A stretch of DNA of 64,000 nucleotides from Cytophagaceae bacterium (GTDB taxonomy: Bacteria > Bacteroidota > Bacteroidia > Cytophagales > JAIYAX01). How positions within the stretch are numbered: position 1 is the first letter of the stretch; every line of letters begins with the position of its first letter. The position numbers were made by a program, and so were the translations under genes. The notes below the pieces were generated by a model. It did no database searches. It had not been told where the DNA came from and saw nothing but the letters and a program-made list of their open reading frames with translations. Of the stretch, positions 39,677-48,797 are shown one piece after another. The stretch is from NCBI GenBank assembly GCA_027488815.1, contig JAIYAX010000023.1, positions 38,910-102,909 of the forward strand, in the 5' to 3' direction.

Positions 39677-42600
39677 TTACCTCCCCCTTACCAGCTTAAT
39701 CGTTTTCTCCTTATCACCTTCGCTGATCCTTAGGATGTACATTCCTTCAGCGAGGTCAGAGATTTTCACCACCTGCTCCCTAACTTCTGTTGGTGAAGGA
39801 GCTAAAAGATCATTAAACATGAGTTGACCCTTCACGGTGAAAAGCTGGAGAACAACAGGTTCAATGCCTTCGGTGCTGTAACTGACAGTAAAGCTACTGT
39901 TGAATAGGGTAGGGAACACACCAGCAGAGAAGCCAATTGGTGTCCCACTTCCTGGAAAAACCACTTTAAAGTTGTTCTTGATCACCTCAAAATCGTCAAT
40001 TACTGCCCCGGCTCTGTTCACAAATCCATCACTGATAAAGCTAATCCTGAAAGCAACATACGTATTGCCCTTAAGGAAGCTTACATCTTGCTTCATACGA
40101 ACAAATTCTTTGATCTCCCCACTGAAATAGGATTTATTAATCGGGAACAGACGTCCTGATGCCGTATTGGTGAAATTATACCAGTCTTCCTCTTTTTCGC
40201 CCAGCCAGTTCCATGTTATGCCTTTATCTGTGCTGTATTCCACATACATTCCATCTGTCGCCAAATCGATGTTAAATTTTGTAACAAAAGAAAGTGAATA
40301 GAATGCATCCTCTGTAAAGTTGAATGTTGGCGAATAGATCCAGCTATGCGTGTTATTGCTGTAGTTGGCAGTTAAAGGGGAAGTAACAAAAGCCTTGTTG
40401 CCGCTTGAAGTACCGTTTTTACCTGAGAAAGTTGAACTTGAAAGTTCAAAGCCCGAGCCCTGTAGTGTTTCTACTCCGAAATGTCCAGGATTAATTTCAA
40501 AATTCCCTCCATCTTTTGCCTGATAGGAGGTCGTTAAATCTGGCAGAACCTTAACAAAATCAGTTTTTTGAATAGTGTCTTGGAAGTTATTAATTCCCAA
40601 TTCAATGGAGTAAAAGCCGATCTGAGGAAACTGAATAACAGGCCTTTTACCGGAATAGATTTGATTTCCTGGATTGATTCTCCAGTTCCAAATGTTTGCA
40701 TTTCTGCTCCTGTCAAGTGGTGCATATTCTACATTCGTATAAGCAACCCTTGCTCCAGCAAAATCGGCAACAGGTGTCATAAACAAATCTGAGGAATACA
40801 AGCCTCTTCCATGAGTGGAAGCGATTACGAAATTGTCCGATTTTCTGATTTGAAATTGGGTTACTCTTGTTTTGGGTACCGCATTTCCAATGAAATACCA
40901 GTTGGCAGCATTATGCAATGAATCCGTTGCCCAAACACCTATTTCGGTACCAATGATGGCTTGATTCCTATTTATCGGTGAAATCAGGGCAGTACGAACA
41001 GGTACATCTGGAAGATTGCCTTCTACCACTCTCCATTGAAACCCACCATTAAAGCTTTCCCAAACACTTGCCAGACCATAGTTGGAGTAGGTAGCCAATA
41101 AGTGATTCGGATCATTTGGATCTTCCGTGATGCTTGAAACTGAGCCGAAAGGCATTCCTGAGCTTTGATTTAACCATTCCCCGGGTGTGGAGGTTGCAAA
41201 GGGAGCAGTGAAATTGACCACTCTGACGATTCTTCCATTACTAAGCCCAAAATAAACCCTATTGGCAATACTGTCAGAAACATAAATTGAAGTAACTCTT
41301 CCAGTTCCAAATGCACTACAGTTAACAGCTGTTTGAACACCATTTGACTGTGGGCCAATCCATCGGAAAAATCGGCCTGGAAGATCAGAGCAATACATGA
41401 TACCACCTTTGTTATCATAATCAGTAGGATTAATGAAACTTGCACCAGTATTATCTGTTAGTTCCATTGGTCTGAAGCTGTTGCCCCCGTCATTAGAGAT
41501 ATAATAACTATTAAAAATATATGATGACCATTGGTTAAAGGGGTTCAACTGATCTATATGGCAAAAAGCTCCATCTCCTCCGCTGACTTCAGTAGTGGCA
41601 TTCATGCCGGCATTACTAAAACGCTGAGATCCATTGTCTTGAGCTCCTGCTAACATGTATTCAACTCCCTGACCAGGATGCAAGGCACAATGGTAAAACT
41701 GAGTTACATTATAATTGTCTTTTCTTTTGGAAATTTGTGGCATTGCAGCCCTCGCATTGGTTGTTCGATAAATACCCCCATCATTGCCAAAATAGCACAC
41801 ATCGGCATTACCCGGCTCAAAATAGATGATGTGCTGATCAGCATGCACTTCTTGCAGGCCAAAGCCTCCAAACCATTGGCTTACCATGGTCCAGCTATTG
41901 GCAGCCCCACCCAGATCTGATTTATACAGGTCGATTCCTCCTACATAAATAACCTCACGATCACCGGGTGACACGTCAATGCATAGGTCATACCATGCCT
42001 GACCACGGCTAATGTCTCCGGGCGGCATTCCAAGACCTTCCGGCTCAACCCTGGCTTGCCAGCTACTGCCACGGTTTACGGAGCGTATCACACCAGAAAC
42101 CTGACTGCCCTGAGCTGTTATAGCATATACATAGTTCGAATCACTATCAGCTACAGCCAATTCGATACGGTCTGCATTGATCCCTGAAGGCAGTGGTAAA
42201 GCGCTTGACCATGTTAGGCCATCATTACTACTCCGGTGTATACTTCCATCAAGGGAGGCAAAAATCATTCCTTGTCCGGACATCTCCATATCATAAGCAA
42301 AGGTGAACCCGAATCCGGTTCCTGTTGCATCGCTAAGCACTTTTGTAAAGGAACCACCACCATCTGTAGATCTGAAAACTCCCTGATTAGTTGCCACCAA
42401 TAAGGTGCCTGCGGGAGTAACTAATACACGTTGGGAGAAGAAAAAGCCTAAGGTAGCTGGCAATTGAGTCCAGTTAGCACCGGCATCTGTTGATTTGAAA
42501 ACTCCCGCTCCTCTTGCAGCGTCTCCATTTCCATAGCCTTCACCTGTGGTAGCATAAAAGGTGCTGGTGTTTGTCGGGTCAAACGTGATCCAAGAAACAG

Positions 42601-43111
42601 AGAGGATGCTTAAGAAATCATTTACCGGTGTCCAGATGGGTTGATTTACAGTAATATCATTTGTCTTCCAAATCCCCCCATTAACTCCTCCGGCAAATAC
42701 TGTTTTGCGTGTAGGGTCATTCGGGTCGACCATGATGGCACGGGTACGGCCTGAAACATTGGAGGGGCCACGCTCTTGCCAATTGGAATTCATAAGACTG
42801 GTATTGCTGATCCTCATACCACGGCGTTGCGCCAATTGGGCTTCAATCACTTGCTCGGCGACCAATAGCCTTTCGACAGGCACAGCACCGGTGGAAAGGT
42901 CCATAGTGGCAGCTTTGTCCTGTAGCCAAAAGCCATCAGGCGTAGCTTTATCTTTCTTGGGTATGGAGGACCGAAACTGATAGGGCAGGTTGCCGTATTC
43001 ATATTCCTCTTCACCTACAGGCTCCAGGTGCTTTTCAAAAAGATGAAATGAAAGCAATCCAACAATAAAAAGAGGCAATACAACCCCAAGTGATTTAAGC
43101 AGTGTTCTCAT
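39677..43111 (-). CDS. Secreted BNR/VPS10-like beta-propeller protein with PKD-like domain and T9SS type A C-terminal domain
   Basis: WQERGP..VSGR, repeated S.D.G.(N/S)W Asp-boxes, HADQH, GAQDNG, GGDG, THGRG; C-terminal FPT.F...GMYILRI...KLVR. Confidence 0.85.
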   Translation of the reverse strand: MRTLLKSLGVVLPLFIVGLLSFHLFEKHLEPVGEEEYEYGNLPYQFRSSIPKKDKATPDGFWLQDKAATMDLSTGAVPVERLLVAEQVIEAQLAQRRGMRISNTSLMNSNWQERGPSNVSGRTRAIMVDPNDPTRKTVFAGGVNGGIWKTNDITVNQPIWTPVNDFLSILSVSWITFDPTNTSTFYATTGEGYGNGDAARGAGVFKSTDAGANWTQLPATLGFFFSQRVLVTPAGTLLVATNQGVFRSTDGGGSFTKVLSDATGTGFGFTFAYDMEMSGQGMIFASLDGSIHRSSNDGLTWSSALPLPSGINADRIELAVADSDSNYVYAITAQGSQVSGVIRSVNRGSSWQARVEPEGLGMPPGDISRGQAWYDLCIDVSPGDREVIYVGGIDLYKSDLGGAANSWTMVSQWFGGFGLQEVHADQHIIYFEPGNADVCYFGNDGGIYRTTNARAAMPQISKRKDNYNVTQFYHCALHPGQGVEYMLAGAQDNGSQRFSNAGMNATTEVSGGDGAFCHIDQLNPFNQWSSYIFNSYYISNDGGNSFRPMELTDNTGASFINPTDYDNKGGIMYCSDLPGRFFRWIGPQSNGVQTAVNCSAFGTGRVTSIYVSDSIANRVYFGLSNGRIVRVVNFTAPFATSTPGEWLNQSSGMPFGSVSSITEDPNDPNHLLATYSNYGLASVWESFNGGFQWRVVEGNLPDVPVRTALISPINRNQAIIGTEIGVWATDSLHNAANWYFIGNAVPKTRVTQFQIRKSDNFVIASTHGRGLYSSDLFMTPVADFAGARVAYTNVEYAPLDRSRNANIWNWRINPGNQIYSGKRPVIQFPQIGFYSIELGINNFQDTIQKTDFVKVLPDLTTSYQAKDGGNFEINPGHFGVETLQGSGFELSSSTFSGKNGTSSGNKAFVTSPLTANYSNNTHSWIYSPTFNFTEDAFYSLSFVTKFNIDLATDGMYVEYSTDKGITWNWLGEKEEDWYNFTNTASGRLFPINKSYFSGEIKEFVRMKQDVSFLKGNTYVAFRISFISDGFVNRAGAVIDDFEVIKNNFKVVFPGSGTPIGFSAGVFPTLFNSSFTVSYSTEGIEPVVLQLFTVKGQLMFNDLLAPSPTEVREQVVKISDLAEGMYILRISEGDKEKTIKLVRGR

Positions 43112-43252
43112 GATTCGGTAAATTTAATACCAAGAGTATTACGGTGGTAACAACATTTAGTACGGAATTGTCCCAAATTGTGATGAAAGGCAGCAAAATA
43201 TGCTTCTACAGGTCTGAACAGGTTTCAATTGACATGATTTGCCCTGATTTAA

Positions 43253-43969
43253 TTGATTAGTTTTGTACTTTATCTGAACAATACCCTGAACCCAACACTA
43301 CGATATCAACTGTTGTTTCTGATCAGTTTGCTTATGCTGATGGGTTCTTGCAAAAAGAAAATGGTTTGTCCTGCCTATCAAAGTCAGTTTATTCTGGACA
43401 AACAGACAGCCGATGTACGATTCTCTGGCTTTCAAATCGTGGAGTCTGATACAGTGCCACATGAAGTCAAACCGCATGATAAGTTCAAATACGGTTTGAT
43501 GCCCCGGCTAAGCGAACGTAAAAAGTGGAAGCAGGTTCGTACTGTAGAAATGAAATTGCTTTTTGCTGAAAAAGCAGATACTTCGGCCTCCATAATTGTA
43601 CTTGGCGACAGCACAGGTGAAGTAAGTTCAGATGTAAGCAGGGAGCCATTGACTACTGAGATCAATGTAGATCAGGCGAATTATTTTATCATTTTGGGTC
43701 CGCTTTTACCCAGACCTAAGGAGAAAAAAGAGTCTGAAAAAAAGGAGGAAGGAAAAGAAGAGGAACCCCTTTCCAAAGTGGAGCGGCAATTACGTAAAGA
43801 AAAAGAAAAAGAAGAGCGAAAAAAAATGCGAAAAGGTGAAGCGCCTCCTGTGCGCTATCTTCTGCCTGAAGAACTGCTGAATGAGGACGGAACTGACCCT
43901 AGAGAAAACCGACCCAAGCAGGCAAAACCGGTGGTTGAGGAGGAAGAACCAACCGATCCGGAACGTTAG
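43253..43969 (+). CDS. Hypothetical lipoprotein (start uncertain)
   Basis: Hydrophobic stretch ending MGSC, then CPAYQS; charged low-complexity C-terminus. A TAGTTTTG box at 43258-43265 suggests the true start is downstream of 43253. Confidence 0.65.
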   Translation: MISFVLYLNNTLNPTLRYQLLFLISLLMLMGSCKKKMVCPAYQSQFILDKQTADVRFSGFQIVESDTVPHEVKPHDKFKYGLMPRLSERKKWKQVRTVEMKLLFAEKADTSASIIVLGDSTGEVSSDVSREPLTTEINVDQANYFIILGPLLPRPKEKKESEKKEEGKEEEPLSKVERQLRKEKEKEERKKMRKGEAPPVRYLLPEELLNEDGTDPRENRPKQAKPVVEEEEPTDPER

Positions 43970-46920
43970 ATCACAATATTGATAATCCTGCCGGGTACCA
44001 CCACCACTTTTTTGGCTGGTTTACCTTCCATCCATTTTTGAACCGGCTCTAGCTGAAGCGCTGCTTTTTCTATATCCTGAGGTGTTAGATCCAAGGCAAG
44101 TTCTACGTTTGCACGATGCTTACCATTGATTGAAACCGGATAGTTAAAGGTGTTTTCGATCAGGTATTCCTCATTCCACTGAGGGAATGCAGCAGAGGAG
44201 ATGGACGTGTTGTGCCCTAATTGGCTCCAAAGTTCTTCAGCAATATGTGGGGCAAAAGGGCTTATCAGGACAGCCAATGGCTCCAGAACGCTTCTTTTTT
44301 TGCATTTGAGGGCTGATAAATCGTTTACACAAATCATAAAAGCACTCACAGTGGTATTGAAGGACAATTTCTCCATGTCCTCTTCCACTTTTTTGATGGT
44401 TTTGTGCAAGGCTTTTAACTCTTCTTTGGTCGGGCTTTGCTCGTTGACTTGAAAGTTAAACTGCTCATCATGAAACAGATTCCAGAATTTTTTAAGGAAT
44501 CGATGCACCCCATCTATACCATGTGTGCTCCAGGGTTTACTTTGCTCGATAGGCCCAAGGAACATTTCGTAAAGCCTTAAGGTATCTGCACCATAGCTGT
44601 CACAAATCTCATCCGGGTTCACAACGTTGTACTTGGACTTGGACATTTTTTCGATTTCGATGGGCAGCAAAATTTCCGGCATGTTCGACCCATCAAAACT
44701 GGAAGCCTGAAGTGTTGGAACCATAGCTTCTTCTGAACTTATAGCTAATCGTTTTAGTGCAGCAGCGACATCATTTGCAGAAAAGGTGATGTCTTTCAAA
44801 AAGTCATACTTTTTTCTGTTTTTCTCGTGTGTTTCTGCATCTAAAGCGTAGTACAATTTATCTCCTTCAGATTTAATGGGAACACCATCGATCGGATAAT
44901 TGATGGTTTGCAAAAACTCTTTTGGAATTGATTTCGATAAAGCTGGTGGTATCAGTGTTCTGATTTGCGTAGACTCAGAATGTGCCACATACAAACTTGC
45001 TTTAGCGCTGACTCCCTGTATCATCCCCTGATTGACCAGCTTTTTAAACGGTTCCTCCACAGGAACAAAACCCAAATCATATAAAATCTTGCACCAAAAG
45101 CGGGAGTACAATAAGTGGCCGGTGGCATGCTCGGCTCCGCCCATGTAAAGGTCTACCTGGCCCCAAAAGTCAAGGGCTTCTTTACCGGAAAATACACCAT
45201 TGTTCTGGGCATCCATGTACCTGAACCAGTACCAGCTACTTCCTGCCCAGCCCGGCATAGTGCTTAGCTCCAGTGGATATCCTGCTCCATTTTCAACAAT
45301 CCCTTTTCCTGGCTGGTAGTTCCAGTTATTGGCCCTCCCAAGCGGAGGCTCCCCTGATTCAGTTGGTAGAAACTTATCGATCTCAGGAAGCAGCAAAGGA
45401 AGTTCCTCTTCTTGCAGGGTGTAAGGCATTCCGTCTTTGAAATAAACGGGCAGGGGCTCCCCCCAATACCGCTGACGGGTAAAAATGGCATCTCTTAGCC
45501 TGTAATTGGTTCTGCCTTTGCCGGCCTGACCGGCTTCCAATTGCTGAATACATCGGTCGATGGCTTCCGGTACCTCTAGTCCATCTAAAAACGAAGAGTT
45601 GATCATTGCGCCATGCTTCTCGTCCCAGGCAGCAAGTGAAAAATCGTGGCTTTGAGCAGGTTCAATTACTTGTTTTACAGGTAGCCCGAAATGTTTGGCA
45701 AAGGCAAAGTCTCTGCTGTCGTGAGCAGGTACAGCCATCACCGCCCCGGTGCCATAGCCGGCAAGCACATAGTCGCCTACCCAGATGGGCAAAGGGGCTG
45801 AAGTGAAAGGGTGCAACACATAAGAGCCGGTGAAAACCCCGGATATGGTTTTGACATCCGACATGCGATCTCTTTCGGAGCGGTTTTTTGCCTTGTCGAC
45901 ATAAGCCCGCACTGCTGCCTGCTGTTCCTTCGTGGTTAGGCGCTCTACCCATTCATGCTCAGGGGCGATGGTGACAAAAGTGACCCCAAAAAGAGTATCT
46001 GGGCGAGTGGTGAATACTTCTATGGCACCTTCACCCGCCTGCAACGGGAAAAATACCTGTGCCCCTCTGGACTTGCCGATCCAGTGACGCTGCATTTCCT
46101 TAACAGGATCAGGCCATTCGATCTCTTCTAGCCCTTGCAGCAGTCTGTCGGCGTATGCAGTGATCCGCATCATCCATTGCAGCATGTTTTTACGCTCCAC
46201 AGGATGGCCACCACGCTCTGAAAAGCCATCTTTTACCTCATCGTTGGAGAGTACCGTCCCTAGCGCAGGGCACCAGTTCACAGTTGTCTCAGCGAGGTAA
46301 GCTAGCCGATAATGAAGCAGGATACTTTGTTGCTTTTTTTCCGGGTAGGCGTTCCAATCTTCAGCGCTGAACACATCAGGTTGAACATCAGTGGCAGCCT
46401 TAACTTTTGCATTCCCTTCGGAGCTAAATCGTTCGATCAAGCGTGAGACAGGTTCTGCCTTTTGGGTTTCCATGTTGAACCAACTATGGAATATCTGTAT
46501 AAAGATCCATTGGGTCCAGCGGTAGTATTCAGGGGCGCAGGTTTGCACCTCACGGCTCCAGTCGTAGTTGAAGCCAATGCGCCTCAGTTGTTTTTTATAG
46601 GTGCTGATGTTCTGGGCTGTGGTGATGGCAGGGTGTTGCCCTGTCTGAATAGCATATTGCTCGGCAGGAAGGCCAAAGGCATCAAAACCGGCAGGGTGAA
46701 GCACCTGGAAGCCTTTGTGCTTTTTGTAGCGGGCCACAATATCAGTGGCGATATAACCAAGCGGATGACCCACATGAAGTCCTGCTCCGCTGGGGTAAGG
46801 AAACATGTCTAAGACATAAAATTTGGCTTTCTCATCGGAAGAGGCAGTTTTAAAAGTGTGATGTTGTTCCCAATAGTTCTGCCATTTGGGTTCTATTTCC
46901 TGTGGGCGGTATTCCGGCAT
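43966..46920 (-). CDS. leuS: Leucine--tRNA ligase
   Basis: MFPYPSGAGLHVGH, FTTRPDT editing domain, RQRYWG, GGAEHA, KMSKS. Confidence 0.98.
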   Translation of the reverse strand: MPEYRPQEIEPKWQNYWEQHHTFKTASSDEKAKFYVLDMFPYPSGAGLHVGHPLGYIATDIVARYKKHKGFQVLHPAGFDAFGLPAEQYAIQTGQHPAITTAQNISTYKKQLRRIGFNYDWSREVQTCAPEYYRWTQWIFIQIFHSWFNMETQKAEPVSRLIERFSSEGNAKVKAATDVQPDVFSAEDWNAYPEKKQQSILLHYRLAYLAETTVNWCPALGTVLSNDEVKDGFSERGGHPVERKNMLQWMMRITAYADRLLQGLEEIEWPDPVKEMQRHWIGKSRGAQVFFPLQAGEGAIEVFTTRPDTLFGVTFVTIAPEHEWVERLTTKEQQAAVRAYVDKAKNRSERDRMSDVKTISGVFTGSYVLHPFTSAPLPIWVGDYVLAGYGTGAVMAVPAHDSRDFAFAKHFGLPVKQVIEPAQSHDFSLAAWDEKHGAMINSSFLDGLEVPEAIDRCIQQLEAGQAGKGRTNYRLRDAIFTRQRYWGEPLPVYFKDGMPYTLQEEELPLLLPEIDKFLPTESGEPPLGRANNWNYQPGKGIVENGAGYPLELSTMPGWAGSSWYWFRYMDAQNNGVFSGKEALDFWGQVDLYMGGAEHATGHLLYSRFWCKILYDLGFVPVEEPFKKLVNQGMIQGVSAKASLYVAHSESTQIRTLIPPALSKSIPKEFLQTINYPIDGVPIKSEGDKLYYALDAETHEKNRKKYDFLKDITFSANDVAAALKRLAISSEEAMVPTLQASSFDGSNMPEILLPIEIEKMSKSKYNVVNPDEICDSYGADTLRLYEMFLGPIEQSKPWSTHGIDGVHRFLKKFWNLFHDEQFNFQVNEQSPTKEELKALHKTIKKVEEDMEKLSFNTTVSAFMICVNDLSALKCKKRSVLEPLAVLISPFAPHIAEELWSQLGHNTSISSAAFPQWNEEYLIENTFNYPVSINGKHRANVELALDLTPQDIEKAALQLEPVQKWMEGKPAKKVVVVPGRIINIVI

Positions 46921-47151
46921 TTTAGAAGTTATTCAGACTGCGAAAGTAGGGAAAATGGGGGATTTTGTGGGTTTAGAGGGCTTGTGGAGTTTGGAAAGTT
47001 AGAAACCCTATGGCTATTAGCTACTGCTCTTTCTATTTTAATTGATAGTTGAGGTTGAACTGCAGGGATGACAATTCTTACGATATTGCTTCTGGATAGC
47101 AAATCCTGAAGAGCAGATATTATTTTTATATTTGTTCAAACGAGTTCATGT

Positions 47152-47319
47152 ATGACAGTTGTAATCAATAAGTCAAACCTCAAGGATACCTCGAGTATTT
47201 TAAGTGAAAAACTTAAAAAGTCTTCGAAAAAAGGAAATTTACTTAAACATTTTGGTAAATTAAAGAGAAATATTGATGGCTTAGAATACCAACTTTCGGT
47301 TAGGGATAATGAAGATTGA
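47152..47319 (+). CDS. 55-aa putative VapB-type antitoxin
   Basis: Below the ORF-track cutoff. MTVVINKSNLKDTSSILSEKLKKSSKKGNLLKHFGKLKRNIDGLEYQLSVRDNED*; TATATTTG box at 47127-47134; overlaps the start of a PIN-like gene. Confidence 0.7.
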   Translation: MTVVINKSNLKDTSSILSEKLKKSSKKGNLLKHFGKLKRNIDGLEYQLSVRDNED

Positions 47320-47374
47320 TTTTATTGCTGATACTAACTTTCTGGTTCCCCCCCCCCTCAGTGTCACCCGGTAG
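47309..47374 (+). pseudogene. Truncated PIN/VapC toxin, first ~12 codons only
   Basis: MKIDFIADTNFL (PIN N-terminal hhhDTN motif), then runs into a C-tract and hairpin repeat and stops. Confidence 0.7.
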
Positions 47375-47436
47375 GGGACGCTGAGGACTCCCTCTCCCTT
47401 CACCCCCTCATTATCAAACGATTGTAGGCACTGAGA
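47356..47436 (+). repeat. Two tandem copies (50-bp period) of 31-bp REP-like hairpin family A
   Basis: CCTCAGTGTCACCCGGTAGGGGACGCTGAGG (47356-47386) and a decayed same-length copy (47406-47436), each followed by CCTCTCCCTTCAC. Confidence 0.8.
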
Positions 47437-47475
47437 GTTCCTCTCCCTTCACAGATTTCCATTTGTTTTCCCCCA

Positions 47476-47501
47476 TTGGTTGGTGTTCCGCCACCAACCA
47501 A
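47476..47501. repeat. Perfect 10-bp-stem hairpin (REP-like family C)
   Basis: TTGGTTGGTG-ttccgc-CACCAACCAA. Confidence 0.7.
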
Positions 47502-47502
47502 A

Positions 47503-47748
47503 TTTTCCACCCCTTCCCCATCACCCGATAGGGGATACTGAGGGGGCTCATTTGCTCTCTACCACCCAACCACCAATTACATCCCTTTTGTATCTTGCAA
47601 CATGCGCTCGCTCTGTTCCACCCTCATCTCCAGCTACCCCCAGCGGCACTGGTACTAGGGCGACTACAGCGAGAAAACATTGAAAGGATTAAAATTAAAC
47701 CACTCTTCCTCAGTGTCCTCCAAGGAGTGACACTGAGGGAGTGGAAAA
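47503..47748. mobile_element. ~245 bp MITE/REPIN-like element, copy 1
   Basis: Starts TTTTCCAC and ends GTGGAAAA; family-A hairpins in opposite orientation at 47513-47543 and 47708-47738; direct repeat of 48485-48729. Confidence 0.7.
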
Positions 47749-47777
47749 GCAATCTATCAATCAAAATTTCAATATAC

Positions 47778-48188
47778 ATGGAAATTAAAGTCGGACGATT
47801 TAAGTTTCTTGATATTTTATATTATGGAATATATTCTATGATTTATAAGAATAAGTCATACAGAATAGGCCAAGATCACAATAGAATACTAATTTATTTT
47901 AGTCTTTATATTAGCTTTTTGGTGATTATATCCATGCTTTTTATATTACATTTCACTAACTATGCCAGTAAATATATTTCTATTCTAAAAATCATAATTG
48001 TGCCAATTTATATTTTTTTTTATTTTACTGTGAATAAATATTTTGACGAAAATCATTATTTAGCAATCATTCAAAAGTTTGAAAATGAGATTGGAAGGAA
48101 AAAAGGGAGAGTCATTGGTATTGTAAGTTTTGTTGTTTTTTTGTTTATGGCCTTTGGTGTCCCTTTTATATTGAGCAAATTTAAGTAG
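47778..48188 (+). CDS. AT-rich hypothetical membrane protein (136 aa)
   Basis: ATG 47778 (the track's upstream extension runs through the repeat); about three hydrophobic segments; very low GC. Confidence 0.7.
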   Translation: MEIKVGRFKFLDILYYGIYSMIYKNKSYRIGQDHNRILIYFSLYISFLVIISMLFILHFTNYASKYISILKIIIVPIYIFFYFTVNKYFDENHYLAIIQKFENEIGRKKGRVIGIVSFVVFLFMAFGVPFILSKFK

Positions 48189-48204
48189 AGCTTTTTGAAG
48201 CTTA

Positions 48205-48253
48205 CATTTTCAACTTCCCCCCTGCAGCACTGGTACCAGGGTGACTACAGCGA
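48205..48253 (+). repeat. Third, partial copy of the internal segment of the 245-bp element
   Basis: GCACTGGTACCAGGGTGACTACAGCGA matches the segments near 47646-47672 and 48629-48654. Confidence 0.8.
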
Positions 48254-48291
48254 TCTCGACCCATTTATACAGTTTTGTCGACACCATGTGC

Positions 48292-48487
48292 TCAATAATG
48301 CCCCTTTGCATGGTGGATCACCACAACATCTTCCACCACCTCATAAATCAGGCGATGTTCACTGTTTATTCTACGAGACCAGAAGCCTGATAGCTTATGC
48401 TTTAACGGTTCAGGTTTTCCAGTTCCTGTAAAAGGATGTTCCGTTAATTCGGTAAATAAAACTGCTATTTTAAGCAAAATAGACTTT
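48292..48487 (-). pseudogene. Txe/YoeB toxin lacking its native N-terminus; no antitoxin
   Basis: KSILLKI...HPFTGTGKPEPLKHKLSGFWSRRINSEHRLIYEV...HHAKGHY; upstream codons derive from the repeat element. Confidence 0.82.
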
Positions 48488-48729
48488 TCCACCCCCCTCA
48501 CCGTCACCCGATAGGGGACACTAAGGAGGCTCATTTGCTCTCTACCACCCAACCACCAATTACATCCCTTTTGTATCTTGCACCATTCGCCTGCCCTGTT
48601 CCACCCTCATTTCCAGATACCCTCAGCGGCACTGGTACCAGGGTGACACAGCGAGAAATCTTTGAAAGGATTAAAATTAGACCACTCAATCCTCAGTGTC
48701 CTCCAAGGAGTGACACTGAGGGAGTGGAA
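48485..48729. mobile_element. ~245 bp MITE/REPIN-like element, copy 2
   Basis: Near-identical to 47503-47746; hairpins at 48496-48526 and 48691-48721. Confidence 0.7.
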
Positions 48730-48797
48730 TTTGAGGGCATTAAACAATCATTAGGAGGTAATACAGTAGTTTTGCAAGGCTTTAGAGGCTTTTAGGT

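Noticed and set aside
44650-45012. Intein in LeuS
   Set aside because: No C/S start with HN-C/S/T end and no recognisable splicing blocks
47503-48729. Diversity-generating retroelement TR/VR pair
   Set aside because: Differences between the copies are not adenine-specific, include indels, and no reverse transcriptase is present
47480-48795. Track ORFs 47480-47683, 48195-48431, 48535-48795 and the 47595 extension
   Set aside because: They run through repeat DNA or antisense to yoeB; not credible as intact genes
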